Source: Vicugna vicugna
Lineage: Eukaryota
Length of the DNA: 64,000 nt
Assembly: GCA_013265495.1 (NCBI GenBank)
Contig: MU058636.1
Span: forward strand, 4,251,741-4,315,740
Direction: 5' to 3'
Every line of letters starts with the position of its first letter. Within the stretch, counting starts at the first letter, position 1. Below, one piece after another: positions 23,520 through 37,556 of the stretch. Position numbers and translations under genes: made by a program. The notes below the pieces were generated by a model that had not been told where the DNA came from, did not search any database, and worked only from the letters and a program-made list of their open reading frames with translations.

Positions 23520-26500
23520 TAGTGATTTTCCTTTATTCAGCTTAAGGAAGGGGAAGATGTGTGTTTGTTCAGTATCAGGATTTGAAGAGGTTTGTTTTGT
23601 TTTGTTTTGTTTTTGAGATTGTGTGTTAAACCTTTCAGCTGTTGCCAAATAATGAAAGAGGAAAATTTATGTATTCTAAAGTTTTATTTTACTGCAGTGC
23701 AGTCCCGCTGGGCTGGGAGGTGTGAGGGTGAAATGATCAGAAGCACCACCTCCTGGCAGAAGGGTTGTGCTGGGCAGTCAGGTCTGGGGACTGACATTGC
23801 TGTGGGTTTTCCAGGGCTCATTTGGGGGGTCCCTGTGGGGAATCCCAGGCATTCATTTCCTAGGTGAGTTCTCTCCTCTGCTCATGTTGGAATGTGAGCA
23901 GTTTGCTCTGGTTTCTGCTATAGAGTGTAAAAATGTTTTTTCTTTGTTTATAGTAATGTCCCTAATTTTTCAGAGCTGAAACAAGATTTCTGCTTTAAAA
24001 ACAAAGAATCAAAAAAAAAAACTGGCAATTTCAATGGGATTTAGGAGAAAAACAAGGCAAATCAGTGGAATCAAGTAGTTGTCAATCTGTATCATTTCTA
24101 ATTTTTAGCTTGTGTAAATAATGATGATGTCATCTTCGTACTTGGATGATTTTTCTAGAATCTAGTCCCACAGTGGGAGTATTGGCCTATGCATATTGAC
24201 ATAGTTATGTCACTTGATATATATAATTGCTAAATTGCTTTTCTAAAGGGTCAATTCCTTTTCCAATGCCTTCAGTGATGTATGGAGGTATGAAATGGCA
24301 AGATTCTAACTCATCGTGAGCATTTTTCCTCCTTAATTTGGTAACTGAGATAGTGGCTGCTGCTTATTTTAATTTGTACACCTTTTACTCTTTTGAGGAA
24401 GAATCTGTTACCTTTACATTAGCTGCAGGGATGTTAGCAAGCGCTCTGGCCTGCTGGTTTCACCTTGTTCCGTTATATTTAAATAAAAATTGCTTCAATT
24501 CCCTGGATAATGAAACCCAGAGTCCACTGTGACATGTCTAGAGATCTGATCTTTCTCATCTACTCAATTCTTGTTCCAGTTTTTTGAGTCAGCGGAATTC
24601 TCAGTCTCTCCCATTTCTTACTTCATATGACTCTCATCACTCCATACCCTTTTCTACATTTCCTTCAAACACTTCATACCAGGGACAGCAGAAGGAGAGG
24701 TGGAACTTGCAAGTAAACACAGCCTCTCAGCATGGGAAACAGCCTAAAAATTAAATTTCAGACATTTCTCTCGGAAGAGGGCGCAGCCATTCCTGCTCCC
24801 AGGAGCTTCTCATTGAGCCCTTTCCTTCTTGGATCCCAGCCCTGCATCAGGCTGGACCACACCTTGTCAAGCGCCCCTCTTACCTCTGAGTCCTGGGCTC
24901 CTCACCCTGTGCTGTTCAGGGGCCTCTAGTTCCGCTCTCACTTCCACGTGACCGTGTCCGTCAGTGTTTTGCTCAATAAATGCAGTTTTCTCCCTGAGTC
25001 ATTATGCCAATCACTTTTAACCATTATTTTTTCCTCCCCTTTTTCCTGCCATATTTCCTCTTTTGTATGTTTTCTGGTCAGGTTCTTTGCTCGTTTATCT
25101 ATTGATGTCTTAATGTTTCTCTGATTGATTAATGCCCTCTTTTTGCCTAAATTAAGAAAAAATCATAATTTACAGATGTTCTCTCCACAGTAAACAGAAG
25201 GCACTATTTCTTAGTTTATGAAGAAAATTACTTTCTCCTAGAAGAATCAATAAATCTTTCAAAAGATGGTTACATATGTGGTTTCAAGCTAAAAAATGGG
25301 AACTCAAATCTCATTTTATGTGTATATCAGAAGACATTTCCCATAATTGTGTTTGTTTATCTCTGGGTATCTTGGTAATCAATATCATGTTGTTACCCAC
25401 AAAAAATACAATAAATAGTCAACATCTGAATTTTACTAGACAAAATAAACATCTTTGCTTTGAATATTAGACATGTATTCTTTTATTTTGAATCTTATTC
25501 TGAATAGTTTGAGAATCATCTAGTTCCAGAAATGTATTTTACCAAACTTGAATCCTTGGCTGTGTCTTTGAGGAAGTTACTGTATCTTACTGTTTATTAT
25601 ATCTCAGGTGAAAAGAGGTAGATACTTAGAATATGGAATTCATAGTTAATGTATTTTATATTTTCTTTAAAAATCCAAGCAGCCACATAGCCAATGCCAA
25701 TTAATAATAAATGCCCAGACCTTTTGCCAGTGTTTCTCAAGTCGTTCCCAGTATACATGCAGTGACCCTTTGAGGAAAGGGGAAGTTCTCTTTACAGAAA
25801 AAAAAAAAAGGTTCAGGAATGATGCACAAAGGCAGACCGTAAGGAGTCAATGGGGAATCGAAATAAATAGAATATAAGTAAAATAGATACAGATATTCAA
25901 ATGCATTTTATAAATGTAAAATCAGATCAGAATAGAGTGTTGTCTTGTCAAGAACTTGAAGGTAAAAATAATTCTCTGCCACCAAATCTCTGTGACTGGC
26001 ATTACCCTCCTTTCAAGAGGTTGATATGCATCTGCTGAGCAATAAGCAGGCTGCAGAAATATAAGGAGGCTTCACGTGCATTAGATCATAGGCAGAAAAT
26101 TGACTCCATCTCCTAATGGTGGTTAATGAGTTCCAGCATTTTCTGGAGAGGTCCCTCACACCATCTGAACACATCTAGGCTGAAGGTTCACCAACTGACC
26201 TTTTGATGTATGAACTTCTATCCAGCAGACTGCCTGCTGAAATACAGAAAACTTATTAATCAAATAGCTCCTTGTTTCTGCAGATTCATATGGGAATAAT
26301 TCATAGAAACCAGACAAACCTGCAAAATTATCTCCATTAACTCTTAAGTGCTGGGAAGAAAACAATAGGTCTTAAGAACACTGATGATATGTTCAGGTTT
26401 TTAACTTTGGAGGCAAGGTCACTGAATGTGAAGAGACCATCGATAAGACAGAACCAAAAACTTGCTTGTGTGGATGGTGTCAGGAAACGGGATTTGGTTT

Positions 26501-27699
26501 TCTGCATTAGAACCCAAACTTCCCAAACAGTGGGTTTTCAATAAGGGAGAGAATGATCCTCCTGAAGACCAGGGAAAAAAGCATTTTTTTCCCCTCTCAA
26601 TTCAAGTTTACAAAGGCTAATGATCTGATTAAGAATTCTCTTTAATCAATGTAGCGTAAATTTTTAAAATGCTTTGTAACCCTTGTTATCTGAGGCCATA
26701 CTAGCCTGTGGGAAGATAAATAGTATTCTTATTGCTGATTCTTTGGTTCTGAGCCTAAGGCAAAGGATGTTGAGATCCGAGTACCCACTGCACCACCTCC
26801 CACATCCTGTCCTTTACCAGGTAGACAGGTGGTTTTTCTTCTCTCGTTGAGTATGCGACGTGGTGGATGTGTGTGTGTCCGGTGTGGGTGTGTGATATGG
26901 GCAGACGGAGCAGAACAGGTCCCTCTCCTGCTCCCTGTAGCACCTAGCACAGTTCCTGGGGCGTAATTCATATGGATATGGATATGGTGAGGATGAGCGG
27001 GATAAAGGGAAGCATTATAGCCTTGTCCTGAAAGCGCTGTTTCAAGATGAGATGGGTTCAAACTCTTTCACTTCCTAACAGCATGACCTGGCAAATCACT
27101 TAACCTTTCTACACCTCCAATTCTTCATTGCAAAATGAGGATAGTCATTGTACCTGATTAAAATGTTGACTCCATATCAAAAATAGGATGAGTTCAAATT
27201 CCTTACTAATACACATAAACTTCTTCACACTTTGGTCTCAAACTAACCACTGCTGGCTCTTATAACTTCTTAATGCTCCTCTTCTCCAATCCCACCAAGC
27301 ACCTCACCTTTTCCTAATAGGATAGTAGGACACAGGAGGATCCCTTAGTAATTGGTATCTGTTAAACTCTATCTGGCATGCCTGTCCCCTTTCTGCCTTC
27401 TGAACTCCTTCTCACCTTTACTGTTTCTCTCAAAAATCTCCGCCCTTTCTGATTTCTCTATTCCGTGGGAAGGAGTTAGGCCCTTCCTCTGAGTGCACAG
27501 TGAACTCTGAGTTTCCTGCTCTCCAGCAGATATCTATTTCATACTATTTATGATGTAACTTGTAAGCATTTTTGAGGGCAAAATATATGTATCTTTGTCT
27601 ACCATTTCTAGCACAGTAATGGTATGTAATATCCTACCAATTAATGTTGACTGAATTAAGTTCTTCCTTTTGTTTTTTAATGTTTAAAAAAAACAACTT

Positions 27700-28500
27700 A
27701 ATTTGACAAATAGACTTATATAAGAGTTTATACAATAGCTCAAATTGATCAATAAGCAAAGTGAGTGAGTCTTCTTACTAATCACTGATGCTAAGTTCCG
27801 TACCTTGAGGCTAATTGATTCTAATTTAGTTCATAGAAGAAAAAATGCAAAAAGCCAGTAAACATATGAAAAAAATGTTCAACTGAACTAATAAACAAAG
27901 AAGTTAAAGTATAAAAACAAGATACCAAAAAACCCCCAATAGAATAAATGAAAAAACAAAAAAATCAAAGATACACAATTCTGTTGAGGGTACTGTGAAA
28001 TGTAAACTCTGATACAACGCAAGTGGGAGTATTGGCCTAATATTTCTGTAAAGCAACTTGATAGTATGTATCAAGAGTCTTAAAAATCTTCATATCTTTT
28101 CTGAGTAGTCAACTTCTAAGAATCTCTCACAAGGAAATAAACAGAAATGTAGACAAAGCTTTGTACACGTAAGTACTCTGTATAGCCGAAGTCATAACAG
28201 AGAAAAACTGGAAGCAATTGAACTAGGAAGAGTTAAACTGAGTTACAGAAATATATCCATGTAAGAAATATTATGTAGCCACTGGAAATTATGAGTATCA
28301 ATGGTCAGTAATACTTTTGAGAAACACTGAGGATTGAAAGTGCATCATTAACTTCGGCACAAAGAAGATGGTACATAAGCAGTCTGCAGTGTCAGCAGCA
28401 CTTTCACTGGGCATCTTTTTTTTTCTTTACTTCATTTTTCCTGTCTATTTTGTTTTCTGTAATGAGCATATATTTTATTTAAAAAATTTAAGCATTAATT
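27700..28500 (+). mobile_element. Old L1 (L1ME-like) ORF2 end and 3' fragment
   Basis: aaacatatgaaaaaaatgttcaact...aaagcaacttgatagtatgtatcaagagtcttaaaaat. Confidence 0.6.
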
Positions 28501-28884
28501 TAAAATTGAAAACTGAACTTACCAGGGAGTGACAATCATGGCCTCAAGTGGTTTCTTCCGTAAATGGGTCCTTTAGCCATCTTCCTTTAAGCATGACCCT
28601 CAGGCGAGGGCTTGCTAACACTGAAGCTGAACTTTGAAGATTCAGAAGGGATTTGTTAAGCAGGAAAGAGAAAGGGCATTCCAGGCAAGAGCAGCTAAAC
28701 CAATGGTACAATCTCCTGTACCAATGGCCTTGGTATAAGAGATGGAATATCGTGATGCTCACTCTTTGGGAATTGCAGAGTGGGGCTTGAGAGATGGATC
28801 TGAAATAGATGACAGGTTCATAGAGTGAGGGGCACTGGGGTCTGTTCTATGGAGTTTGAACTTAAACCTGCTGCTATGAGAAGC

Positions 28885-29435
28885 CTGTGGCTCAGCAATT
28901 CCGCTCCTAGGTGTATACCTAACTAAGTGTCCACATATGCTCACCAAAAGACACATCTGCAGGTGTTCATGGAAACACTGTTTGCAGTGGCTGCAGATGG
29001 AGCAATGCTGATGTTCATCTGTGAGGGTGATGGATGGGTCTCAATATTGTCTTTGGTGGAAAATAATAAAATGGATGAGGTTTAGCTGCACACCTCAGCA
29101 TAAATGAAATTTGCAGATGTGTTTTGAGTGAGGATGGCTATTCACACAGGGGAATATGTGTATGGTTCTGTTTATGTGAAGTAAAAGAACAGGTTAAAAA
29201 AAAGTATGCTTCAGAAAGTCAGGATGCTGGTCACCCTTGTGGCAGTGGGCAGTGATAGGAGGGAGACATGTGAGGGGCTGTCTGTGGTGCAGTACTCTGT
29301 TTCATAATCTGTCTGCAGATCACACAGGTGCATTCACTATGTGGAAATATATTCAGCTGTGTGATTAAGATTTGCACACTTTTTTGCATGTTATACTTCA
29401 ACAATGTTTACAAAAATAAAATACATTAAAATAAA
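28885..29435 (+). mobile_element. Old L1 (L1ME/L1MB-like) 3' end
   Basis: cagcaattccgctcctaggtgtatacc...ttatacttcaacaatg followed by an A-rich tail. Confidence 0.7.
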
Positions 29436-31459
29436 ACCAACTCTGGGAGAACTTCTTTCCTGTTTTCCCCTGCAACATACAAAGTTAGAGGCCCTTGCTT
29501 CCTGACTGCAAGGGTCTGGAGGAGTCGAGCAGCTGTCTTCTGCCTTCCTAGCATCCGATCGAAGATCCCCAAGTACTCGGGGGTCCAAATTATTGTATCT
29601 GCTTTTTACTTAATATAGCCTTAGACCTGAGATGATGACTGGCCTAATCAAGGAGAATCTGCAGCTGCTTCTCTGTTTTTAGACTTCCCCATTTGTAAAC
29701 AGATTCAGTTCTGTCCCTAAAGAGTGATAATGTGACCTCAGGGTCACATACACCTCAGGGAATCCAAATTATGGTGCCTAGTTTTCGTCATTAGGCTTGA
29801 CTTCTATATTGCCAAGTAGTCCAGATGTTTTCCTCTACTTCCAATTAAAAGTTGTAATATTTTCTGTATATATTATCATAATGGGTTCCATTCAAGCAAA
29901 AAACCCTGCAAGGTGGTTTGAGAATTTCTTACCCAGAAGGGAAATGCATTAAAATCATGTAATCCCTACGGAGCAAAAAAATCATCCTGGCCCTGTTTTC
30001 TGGGCTTACTTCTACTTTCCAGAATTCTTTCTTCAAAAGTTTTCTTTAAATTAGGTGACCTACAATGACCTTAGCAGACGCTGATGATTCCTCCAGATAA
30101 TATGGTCTCAACAAGGAGGAGCCATGTGATTTATTGAGAGCACATCTTCCCTCTTGTCATCACTCAGTGTGCTGGCCACTTAGCGCACCAAAGCCATGAG
30201 CAATGCCAAAGCTTTTAAGCTCAGGAAATTGCTCCCCAATATCAGCATGCCAGCTTTTCTCTCTCAGTATTGTATAGACTTCATTCACTCACTCAGTCCC
30301 TGCACAATTTTTTGAGCATCTACTAAAGTGAAGCATATTGTAGGCACTGGGGATAGATAATGAAGAAAACAGCCCCAGATGGTAGCCTTGAGGAGCTTAC
30401 ATTCTAAAGAGAGAAGACTGACAACGAAGAGATTGATATGTTAAATGATCACAGGTGGAGAGAAGCCTAGGAAGAAGGAAGGCAGAGTGAGGGGAGGTAG
30501 CAGGAAGAAGTATGATATTTAGGGAACCTCTCTGAAGGACCTCTCTGAGCATGGACCTGAGTGAAGTGAGCTTTAACTACATCAAAATCTGGGGAAAGAG
30601 CATTCCGTGTGGAGGAACAGCCTCAGAAAAGTCTGAGGGAGGAGCGAGTTTGGCACATTCAGATTTGCATATCAGTATCCACCCAGTCAGCCACCTTGAT
30701 TGGTTTCAAGTTTTACCCTCTGGAATGATACCCAGCTACATGCTCCTTAGCCTCTTCTTGGCAATTTGGTCCTTTGAGATGAATTTTCCTTCTGACCATT
30801 TCCCGCAGCAGGTCAGCTGAGGAGTATGGTTGGGAATGGCAGCAAAGATCCCTTCTTTGGTGACGACTGGGCCTTCCTTTGATGGCAGGAACATGGGACT
30901 GTGTAAATCCATCCTTTGAAGAGCCACCAATAAAAAACAAGCACCCTCTGGACTGTAGCTGTAGAGCCAAGAATATATAACATGATTGAACATGGACCCA
31001 GGACTGACACTGGATGCTTGCTCTGCCTACTTCACACAACTTGACCTCTCTGTGCCTCAGTTCCTTCATCTATAACATGGGGACAATAACAGTAACTACC
31101 TCATAGGTTATTATAGAAATCACTTTAATTATATAAATGCTTACTGTCATGCCTGGCACATAACAAGAGCTTCATAAATGTTAGTTCTTGTTAGAATCAT
31201 CTTCCCCTGTCCTGTCTTCCATACTGCTTCCAGACATATCTTTCCTTTGCAATGGTTTTCTGATTAGAAAAGTAATACATGCTTATTGTAAAAAAATTGA
31301 AAAATACAGAAAAGTATAGTAGAAGAAATTTAAAATAATTTATAATGCCATCACCCACTGGGATTATCATTTCATTTGTTTCTAGTTTCTCTTCCATGCA
31401 TGTGTAGTTTTTACTGTTTAAAAAATCGGGATCATACTATCTAAATATGCTTAACTGTC

Positions 31460-32536
31460 TTTTTTTAAATTGAAGTATAGTAAGTTTACAATGTTCTGAT
31501 AACTTCTGGTGTACAGCACAGTGATTCAGTTATACATATACATATATGCATTCCTTTTCATAGTCTTTTTCATTATAGGCTATTACAAGGTATTGAATAT
31601 AGTTCCCTGTGCTATACAATAGGGCCTTGTTGTTTATCTGTTTTATATATCGTAGTTAGTATCTGCTAATCCTGAACTTGCAGTTTATCCCTCCTCAATC
31701 CCCTTTCCCCTTTGGTAACGATAAGTTTGTTTTCCATGTCTGTGAGTCTGTTTCTGTTTTGTAAATAAGTTCATTTGTGCCATTTTTTTAGATTCCACAT
31801 ATAAGTGATACGGTATTTTCCTTTCTCTTACTGGCTTACTTCACTTAGTATAACAATCTCCAGGTCCATCCATGTTGCTGCAAATGGCATTATTTCATTC
31901 TTTTTTTAATCGCTGAGTAAAATTCCATTGTGTGCATGTGTATGTGTGTGTGTATATATATATACACACACCACATCTTCTTTATACAGTCTTTTGTCAA
32001 TGGACATTTAGGTGGCTTCCATGTCTTGGCTATCGTAAATAGTGCTGCTATGAAGATTGGGGTGCATGTATCTTTTCAAATTAGAGTTTCCTCCCGGTAT
32101 ATGCCCAGGAGTGGGATTGCTAGATCATATGATAAGTCTATTTTTGTTTAAAGCATCTCCACACTGTTTACCATAATGGCTGTACCAAACTACATTCCCA
32201 CCAACAGTGTTGGAAAGTTGCCTATTCTCCACACCCTCTCTAGCATTTATCATTTGTGGACTTTTTAATGATGGCCATTCTGACTGGTATGAGGTGATAC
32301 CTCATTGTAGCTTTGATTTACATTTCTCTGATAATTAGCAACATTGAGCATTTTTTCATGTGCTTACTGGACATCTGTATGTCTTCATTGGAGAAATGTT
32401 TGTTTAGGTCTTCTGCCTGTCTTTTGACAGGGTTGTGTGGTTTTTTGTTACTGAGTTGTATGAGCTGTTTGTATATTCTGGAAATTAAGCCCTTGTCAGT
32501 CACATCACTTGCAAATGTTTTCTCCCATTCTGCTGT
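31460..32536 (-). mobile_element. Younger 5'-truncated L1 (cetartiodactyl-type 3' end) with ORF2 C-terminal remnant
   Basis: Minus [19 protein letters not shown]...[14 protein letters not shown] is L1 ORF2. Poly-T at the left end and an approximate TSD gcttaactgtctttt / gtttaactttctttt. Confidence 0.9.
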
Positions 32537-32849
32537 TTAACTTTCTTTTCGTACTTACCATGCACTGTGAACATTTTCCATATCTTAAGTACTCTTTTCT
32601 TTTAACATGCTTTTAAATTGTTGTGTAATATCCTTTCCTACATATCCGTAATAATGTTAACTTCATGGGATTATTGTGAGGATTAAAGATGTAGCTAAAA
32701 AGTAATAGTAAAATGTAGTTAGAACAGCATCATTTTTGCATAGAAAGAGCTTAAAAATATTAGCTAAAAATAATAATATGATGATGCTCAAACCACATTT
32801 TGGGACAGTTTAATATATTTCCAGTTGTAAAACCAGACATTTTCTGACT

Positions 32850-33880
32850 GAGTGGGACAAACAACACCCTTTTCATCTCTCTGTGTCCATTTGTGCACGT
32901 GGTTTTGGTTGTGTGACTGGAGAGGAGGGAGAAGTTTAGTGTAAGTAGGGGCTTGGGGAGAGGGTGGAGATGCAGCTTCCTCCCCTGACCTCCTCACGCC
33001 ATGGTCTTCCTCATCCTGTGAGTAGGGGCGGTGGGGTTTCTGTTGCTACACAGACCCATGAACTGAGTTTGAACCTCTGTAATTAGAAGAGAGGCAGAGG
33101 CTTACATAACCATTTCCAGGAGACATGGTATGAGGTTCTTGGTGGTATGAAATCACAACCTGGTCATACTGTCTCCACTTTAAAAGTCTCTGAGCGCAGG
33201 CATGGTTACTCTGAAAATAGGTGTCCACAAGTGGTTCCTTATTCTGGGGCATATTCTTCTCTTGGCCTCTCTGTGGAGCCCAGCTCCCCAGGCTCCCTGA
33301 GGCTCCCTGCCTTTTGAAGCCATAGCAGGCAGCCTCCCTAGCAAACTATTGAAGTCCTTACAACAGCTGCTTGAGCTGTGGATATGGTGAGAATCCCAAG
33401 TGACTTCTCAGGTAATTGAAGTTAAACACCACAGGGAGCCAAAGAAAAAGCAAGAATGTATTTCTTCTGGAACCAACATGGGCCACTCAGGAGAAAAAAC
33501 CAATCTGGAGCCATTTCAAACACTGCCCCAGAGGACAGCCAGGAGTTGCGGACCTCCTAGGTCTCTGCAGTTGGTGGCCGGCCAGGAGACTGTATAACGA
33601 CTATGGCCAAGTGTTGACAGTCTGGACTTCTGAAATCAACAAAGATGCACCCCAAGAAAAAGAATCAGCTTTGCTTATTCACCACCAAGCCCAGAGAATC
33701 AGCTTTAAATATCTCCCAAAGAAAGAGCCAGAGCCTGATTAAATTGGTACAAATCAAATAAGACCTTTCTTGCTTCTCCTCTTTCCTCTGTGGCCTCCAC
33801 TTAGACCCTGGAGGAGAAGACATTCTAGACAATGAAACAGAGGAGAGGATGCTGATGCTTCTGACGGTGAGTGCAAAGCA
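32850..33880. mobile_element. Possible ancient LTR (MamGyp-like)
   Basis: Resembles remembered MamGypLTR text (aacaaagatgcacccc...agaatcagctttaaata). Family uncertain. Confidence 0.3.
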
Positions 33881-33929
33881 CCGCCTGGCAGTGTGCGCCT
33901 GGCAGTGTGCACCTATTCTCTTTGCCGCT

Positions 33930-34162
33930 ATTTTGGGCTGAACTGTGTGCCCACCCCACCCAAATTCGTATGTTGGAGTCTTAATCCCCAGCCCCACAGG
34001 ATGTGACTGTATTTGGTGATAGGGCTTTTAAAGAGGTAATTAAGATTAAATGAGGTTATTAAGGTGGACCCTAATCCAATATGACTGGTATTCCTATAAG
34101 AAGAGGAAATTTGGACATAGACATGTACAGAGGGAAGACCATGAGGACACAGTGAGAAGAAG
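33930..34162 (+). mobile_element. MLT1A/B-like MaLR LTR 5' part
   Basis: tgggctgaactgtgtg...gtgactgtatttggtgatagggc...ccctaatccaatatgactgg. Confidence 0.85.
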
Positions 34163-34164
34163 GT

Positions 34165-34790
34165 TAAAAAAAAACACTAGTTCAAAACAATATATACACC
34201 CCCATGTTCATTGCAGTATTACTTACAATAGCCAATACATGGAAATAATCTACATGACCACCAACAGATGAATGAATAAAGAAAATGTGGTGTATATATT
34301 CAATGGAATATTATTCAGCAAAAAAAAAGAATGGAATCTTGCCATGTTTGACATGGATGGACCTTCAAGGTATTATGCTAAGTGACATAAAGTTCAATAG
34401 AGACAGATACCACATGATTTCACTCATATGTGGAATTTAAAATAAAAACAAAGAAACCAAGCTCATAGATAGAACAGATTGGTAGTTGCCAGAGGCAGGG
34501 AAAGAGTAAAGGGATGAAACGGTAAAAATCTCCAGTTATAAAATAAATAAGTCATGGAGATGTACAGCATGATGATGATGGTTAATAATACTGTATTCTA
34601 TATTTGAAAGTTGCTGAGAGAGTAAATCTTTAAAGTTCTTATTGTAAGAAAAAAATTTTAACTATGCATGGTGAGGGATAACTAGACTTACTGTGGTGAT
34701 AATTTCACAGTATATACAAATATCAAATCATTATGTTATACACCTGAAACTAATATAATGTCATATACAGTTATACTTCAATTAAATATA
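34165..34790 (+). mobile_element. L1 3' end (L1MA-like)
   Basis: cccatgttcattgcag...atcaaatcattatgttatacacctgaaactaatataatg. Confidence 0.85.
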
Positions 34791-36759
34791 TATGATAAAG
34801 AAAGATACTCTCAAAGGAGAACAATTACCGATGAAAATATTTGGGCTAAAATATTTATACATTTCAGTACTAAAAATAAGTTTGAATCAAAAATATTTTC
34901 AGCAGTTCCTGCCTTACTCATTCATCTTCTTTTCCAAAGAACTCCTTTTTGTTTCACAATTATTTTACAACTAATCACACAGGAAAGTAAAGACTTTGGG
35001 GAAGAATGATCATTAACTACAAGAAGTTCTACAGTACACGTAAGGTTCCCTGCCCCCCAACTTTTGGGCAGTCTTAGTGAAGCTTTGTATGACCTCTCCC
35101 CTTAGGGAGCCCGACAGCAGCCCCCTTCCTGCTGTAGAATGAGAAAGGGGATAAATCATACCAGTTTTGCTTGACACTGAAGGATGGTGGGTGGACCAAC
35201 TGAGAATATACGTTTAAAAGTGATTTGTTAACTATGGATCTTCTGTTCAGGTAGAATGATGTGGTATTTGGTTTCCAAAACAGGCCTCACTGCTTAGGAG
35301 GGAAACTGTGGTGATACTCCTTGCCAACATGATCCTAGCAGTCATTTTCCTTATGAAAAATGATCAAGTTGGCTTTCTGCTTCAACTTGAACTGCTACGG
35401 GTGTGGACAGCACTGCCCTATTTCCCAGGGTATTAATGTTCTAGGTGAATTCAGCCACAGAAGATGCTTTAGGTTTTAGTTCTGCCAAGGTGACAGATCA
35501 AATGGAAGTCATGTGTCCTTTCTCACCACGGCTGGAAAATAATCATAAATGTAAATCTTTAAAATGGGGCAAGTGCATTAGACAAGGAGTTGATACGTGG
35601 GCAGTGCTGAGGTGACCTTGAGGAAGCCATTTGAACTCTGTCAGCATGAATTTGTCACCCAGTAAAAAATAGAGTGAATAATGTTAATCCTGCCTATTTT
35701 CAGAGTAGTTATGAAGTTTTAACGAGGTCTGTAAAGACACTTTGCAAACTATAAAGTGGTCTCTGGAAGTGAAATATGACAGTTATTATATTTATTATTA
35801 TATAACTAAATTACTAATTAGAAAATGAATTAAGTTAAAACTTCTTTGAAAAGCCGGGCATTTCTCAGATCCTAAAAGCCAACATTTGGGAAGATGATAA
35901 AATAACAATGCTAATAAACTGTGGTTTAACTGCATTGTCTCATTTACTGCTCATAAGAACAAAGTTCCCAAGATTAGGAAAAAGTCTCCAACTTTCATTC
36001 TTCAAACTTGAGATCAGATGTTATTTTTAACATTATAATGAGCAAATAATTGTGGAGGGATTCCTATGGTTGAGTCACTTTAATGCACCATGAACATTAA
36101 GGTCTCTTAATTGTAAGGCTTAGAACTTGGAAAAGGAATGCGAACATACACCCAAAAGAACAAATAATGCCACAACACTATAGAGGCAGCAATAAATTAT
36201 ACCGTGAACCAAAACTGCCTCAGAAATTGAGAAGAGGGAGAAGTGTCAGTGAGCTGGGAAATCTGGAAAAGTTTTGAAGAGAAGGCAGTGGGACTTTTAT
36301 TAGATCTTGAAGGACTCATCACATGTATTTGGACATACGTAGATTCCTAGTCAACCACTGCAGGCAGGGAGAAGAGTATGTGAATGAAAGTTGTAGGTGA
36401 AAAATCATGGGTGTATTTGAAAAACATTAAGGTAGACTGGCTGGCTGGAGTCAAGGAACCGTGAAGTGGCCAATGAAAAACAGATTTGCAGGCTTTCCCA
36501 GCTCTGCTTTGTCTCCATCAGTAATTCACTTCAGGAAGCCTCCCTCCATTCCCACGTTCATCTCGGCCCTGGCATTTCTCTTACCCCTTTTGCAATGACA
36601 CCCCGAGGGAGTCCCAGTCAGTCCACTCTGTAGAACTCATATATCGTCTCAAGTTAGGAAATGACCTCCAGGTAAGACACCTCAAAGGAAGAGTTTTCTA
36701 AGATACTTGTGTCAAAGCAGTTTTCTAATCGTAAGTAAATACCTTTTTTAGAAAAAAAA

Positions 36760-36940
36760 TTTTTTTTTATTGAAGTGTAGTCAGTTTACAATGTTAGTTT
36801 CGGGTATACAGCAAAGCAGTTCAGTTATACACATACATATATATATTGTTTTTTTTCAGTTTCTTTTCCATTAAGGCTCATTACAAGAAATTGAATATAG
36901 TTCCCTGTGCTATGCAGTGGGTCCTTGTTGTTTATCTATT
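36760..36940 (-). mobile_element. Short young L1 3' end
   Basis: Poly-T followed by attgaagtgtagtcagtttacaatg...gttccctgtgctatgcagt. Confidence 0.85.
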
Positions 36941-37269
36941 AAATATCCTTTAGTTAGGACATGTCTATACTTGATTTTTGTAATATGGATATACTTAGGA
37001 TTCTCTTTTCTTAGAATATCCTTCTATCTTCAAAGGTTAGAAATCAAAATAGTCAACTACCCTTAGTATTTAAAGCAAACCTCTTGGAACCCAGTAACAT
37101 TGGGAAAAGAAGCAAAGCAAACGTTTTGCATACTTCAGCGCTGCTACCTTAAAATCCTTTTTGGTACTCCTGTAATGATGATATTTAGTTAGTTTATCAA
37201 GTAATTTTGAGCAATACAACAATTTTTTTTCTATCAAGAACTTATGATTTTGAAGAAAGACATCAACCA

Positions 37270-37556
37270 AGGTTAGACTCATGGACAGAGAATATAGACT
37301 TGTGGTTACCAGTGGGGTAGAGGGTGGGAAGGGATAGACTGGGATTTCAAAATTGTAGAATAGATAAACAAGATTACACTGTATAGCACAGGGAAATATA
37401 CACAAAATGTTATGATAAATCACAGAGAAAAAAATGTGACAATGAGTGTGTATATGTCCATGAATGACTGAAAAATTGTGCTGAACACTGGAATTTGACA
37501 CAACATTGTAAAATGATTATAAATCAATAAAAAATGTTAAAAAATGTTAAAAAATT
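37270..37556 (+). mobile_element. Young L1 3' end (camelid-like)
   Basis: agactcatggacagagaatatagacttgtggttacc...gacacaacattgtaaaatgattataaatcaataaaaaatgttaaaaaa. Confidence 0.85.

Noticed and set aside
31930..32540. ORFs within the L1
   Set aside because: These are fragments of L1 ORF2 or its antisense strand, not host genes.
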